Virus record (IMG/VR): IMGVR_UViG_3300010384_000021
Location: 1 to 34,186 of that record
DNA from: a virus
Taxonomy: Duplodnaviria > Caudoviricetes
Direction: 5' to 3' (one strand)
Length of the DNA: 34,186 bases
Part shown: piece after piece, positions 32,084 through 34,186 of the stretch
Numbering within the stretch: the stretch's first letter is position 1
Layout: every line of letters starts with the position of its first letter
The notes under the pieces: generated by a model
What the model was told of the DNA's origin: nothing
The model's input: the letters and a program-made list of their open reading frames with translations, nothing else
The model's database searches: none
Made by a program: the position numbers and the translations under genes

Positions 32084-32941
32084 TTAAGCTGTCCTTTGTA
32101 CGAGGCCGCCGCCTCGGCCTCGCCATGTGCCTGACAAGGTGGTTCCCGTTGTGAAACCATAAGCTTTCGTGTCCGAAGAGTTGATTCGCGGTGTTGCCGT
32201 ATCATTCCGATCTGGGAACCCGGATGTCGCAGAAAAGATGTGATGGCCGATCGGAAAATTCGTCTCGTTTAGCGTGCTGCCGGTGTAAACCTCAATCTTT
32301 GCAGCGAGTGCGGTCGTGACTGTCGCGATGCCGCCGTCAACGTATGCCTTCGCGCTCTGCTGCGTAGGTACCTTCGTGTCGCTGTCGGAAGACATATCGT
32401 CTTCGTCAATCACGTTTGACGACTGGAATGCCCCGATAATCCGGCCGTCGTCACCGGCTGCGACGGTGCCGGCGGTCGTGCCGACGTTCTTATAGGCTGC
32501 GGCTCCCAGGGTTCCTGTATCGAAAGCCTTGTTGAACAGGATGGCGCGAAACTCGGTGCCCGTGCATAGGACGAGCGCCGAATTTCCGGTCGCGACCGAT
32601 AGCGTGGTGGCCCCGTTGATCTGCTCCGAACCTGACGGGTCGATGGTTGCCGTTCCGCCGTCCCCCATCACCCACAGGCACCATCCTGCGGTGAGTGTCG
32701 CGGCTGCGGTCAGGTTGATGGTCGCGGCCCCGGTGACGCGCCAAAGCTGGTTGTAATCGCTCTTTGCAGCGGTGTAGCTGCCAGCCGATTTGTCGACAAC
32801 CTTGGTGACGCCGGCTCGCGTGTCGGCCATCATCTGCCGCATGGCGTCGTCGCCGTTCTTGATCGAGTTGGAACCGGCGATGCCGATCCCGTTGATCGCG
32901 GTGTTGGACGATGGCGTGGTCGAATAATCCAGAATGCCCAT
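32084..32941 (-). CDS. Short tail fibre/tail protein (285 aa)
   Basis: N-terminal DYSTTPSSN...DDAMRQMMAD anchor; TIDPSGSEQINGATT, LGAAAYKNVGTTAGTVAAGDDGRI and GTWRGRG fibre motifs. Confidence 0.8.
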   Translation of the reverse strand: MGILDYSTTPSSNTAINGIGIAGSNSIKNGDDAMRQMMADTRAGVTKVVDKSAGSYTAAKSDYNQLWRVTGAATINLTAAATLTAGWCLWVMGDGGTATIDPSGSEQINGATTLSVATGNSALVLCTGTEFRAILFNKAFDTGTLGAAAYKNVGTTAGTVAAGDDGRIIGAFQSSNVIDEDDMSSDSDTKVPTQQSAKAYVDGGIATVTTALAAKIEVYTGSTLNETNFPIGHHIFSATSGFPDRNDTATPRINSSDTKAYGFTTGTTLSGTWRGRGGGLVQRTA

Positions 32942-32952
32942 GTCGATTTCCC

Positions 32953-34186
32953 TTAGTAGAGGCCGCCGACGCCGCGCGAGATAGCGGACGCCGCACCGGG
33001 CGAAATGCTCCTCATGCCGGCCATCGAATTGTTGGACTGGTTGCCGCCGAGCGCGCCGGCCACATTCGGAGCGCCGGGGAACACGCCCATCGCGCCACCC
33101 GTTTGCGGAGCAATCGCCCGGATCGCACCGAAAGCCGGCGTGGCATAGGTGACGCGGTTGCCCGTGAGCGCATCGAACGGGTTCCTGCCCTGCGCGATGG
33201 ATTTGCCGATGGCTGCACCGACGATCGATCCGAGAGGCCCGGCGAACGAACCAAGCGCGCTCCCGGCCATTGCCCCGGTGAACCCGCGCGCCAGATTGCC
33301 CGTTTCAGTCTGCGCGGGCTGGATGCCGAACAAGCCGCCGCTTTTCTGCGTCGTGATGCCGCCTGCCCCGAGAGGCCCGTCGATCGATGGAGCGGATGGA
33401 AACGCCGATGCGGGCGCGGGAGCCTTGCCGTAGCCGGAAACCGTCACCTGCCCGTTCGGGAGCGTGGTGGTGCTTACGCCGTACTTGTTGTTCACCGAGA
33501 CGTTGCCGTAATTATCGCGGCTGACCATGCTGCCGTCATTGGCAAACCCAAGGTTCGCCTGCCCGTTGTACACGTCCATGGCCGAAGGCATGGAAGGGCG
33601 CTGGGGAGCTGATGGAAAGGCATTGCGGGCTGCTTGCTGCGGGACAGACACCGGCGGTGCGACTGGCGCGACTGGAGGAGCGACAGGCTGCGCCATGGCG
33701 GTGAAAGTCGGCTGTACCGGCGTCTGTGGGGAGAACGTCTGCGGCAGGCCCATGAGGCTCGGAGAGGTCAGCGCGGACGGGACGCTCGGGACAGACGGAA
33801 CGGTCGGCGCCACGCTGGGCAGGTTTGTCGTGGCGTAGGCGTTGGAGGGAGGGATGGCGGGTGCAGAAGGGCGCGGCGATGGCAGGTTGGTGGTGGCATA
33901 CGCATTCGACTGCGGGACAGTCGGTGCCGAACGCGGAGCCGGGAGATTGGTGGTCGCGTAGGCGCTGGATGGTGCCACAGCGGGCGAAGGCCGGGGAGAC
34001 GGCAAGTTGGTCGTTGCGTAGGCGCTCGAACCTGGCGATGGAAGTGCGGCCCTATCCACCTTGCCGAGCGGGGCCGAATATGGCGCATTGCCCACGTTGG
34101 CCAAGCGCATGGCCGCCTGCATGGTCTGCGGCGTGGGCGCTACCGTCGAAGCGGCTACCGGCTGATAGCGCTGCGGCGGTGCCTGC
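32953..34186 (-). CDS. 3' part of a low-complexity Pro/Ser/Ala/Gly protein, probably an internal virion/ejection protein
   Basis: Frame stays open to the window edge (QAPPQRYQ...QTMQAAM...); glycine-zipper GAMAGSALGSFAGPLGSIVGAAIG. Confidence 0.65.
   Translation of the reverse strand, partial: QAPPQRYQPVAASTVAPTPQTMQAAMRLANVGNAPYSAPLGKVDRAALPSPGSSAYATTNLPSPRPSPAVAPSSAYATTNLPAPRSAPTVPQSNAYATTNLPSPRPSAPAIPPSNAYATTNLPSVAPTVPSVPSVPSALTSPSLMGLPQTFSPQTPVQPTFTAMAQPVAPPVAPVAPPVSVPQQAARNAFPSAPQRPSMPSAMDVYNGQANLGFANDGSMVSRDNYGNVSVNNKYGVSTTTLPNGQVTVSGYGKAPAPASAFPSAPSIDGPLGAGGITTQKSGGLFGIQPAQTETGNLARGFTGAMAGSALGSFAGPLGSIVGAAIGKSIAQGRNPFDALTGNRVTYATPAFGAIRAIAPQTGGAMGVFPGAPNVAGALGGNQSNNSMAGMRSISPGAASAISRGVGGLY
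33800..34035 (-). repeat. Four intragenic tandem repeats of 60-63 nt encoding S(S/N)AYATTNLP(S/A)
   Basis: Units near 33817, 33880, 33940 and 34000; peptide conserved while codons diverge. Confidence 0.85.

Larger units (their letters stand above)
1..34186. mobile_element. Temperate P22-like (podovirus) phage genome segment, probably in the excised/attP configuration; alphaproteobacterial host likely
   Basis: Continuous phage modules (head, lambdoid cI/cro switch, recombination, int/xis, lysis, tail) with no host housekeeping genes; attP-like core at 26735-26779 has phage genes on both sides. Confidence 0.93.

Noticed and set aside
29351-32941. Diversity-generating retroelement or invertible tail-fibre cassette
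   Set aside because: No reverse transcriptase, invertase or template/variable repeat pair seen; similarity between the two RBPs is a short protein motif only
33800-34035. CRISPR-like repeat array
   Set aside because: Repeats are degenerate at synonymous positions and in frame within a protein; no cas genes

Overview
GC-rich (roughly 60-65% by eye) segment of a temperate, P22-like podovirus that probably infects an alphaproteobacterium (Rhizobiales-type gene content). The window seems to come from the non-integrated (circular or virion) genome, because an attP-like 3' half of tRNA-Val(GAC) sits after the integrase with phage genes on both sides. The minus-strand head module (1-6731) encodes the adaptor, P22-gp5-type coat, scaffold, portal, TerL and TerS. 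It is followed by a plus-strand two-gene moron, a structured late leader with an atypical tRNA-Met(CAT), and a NusG-paralog late regulator. The early-right operon (minus) encodes a stand-alone 72-aa GGQ release-factor domain, a replication initiator with iterons, RusA, two methyltransferases, an SF2 helicase, a GapR-like protein and Cro. The immunity region holds cI, five ACTAG-N4-CTDGT operators and a hicB-hicA-like pair. The early-left operon (plus) encodes ERF, a lambda-type exonuclease, NinB-like, DUF968, a Lar-mosaic protein, xis and int. After attP come the lysis cassette (GH108 endolysin, holins, spanins) and tail/receptor-binding genes. The most notable locus is 7716-9132: GGQ mini-release factor, NusG paralog, pR'-like promoter, terminated leader, mismatched tRNA-fMet-like RNA and further structured RNA. 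All family assignments come from recognised motifs and synteny; no database search was run.
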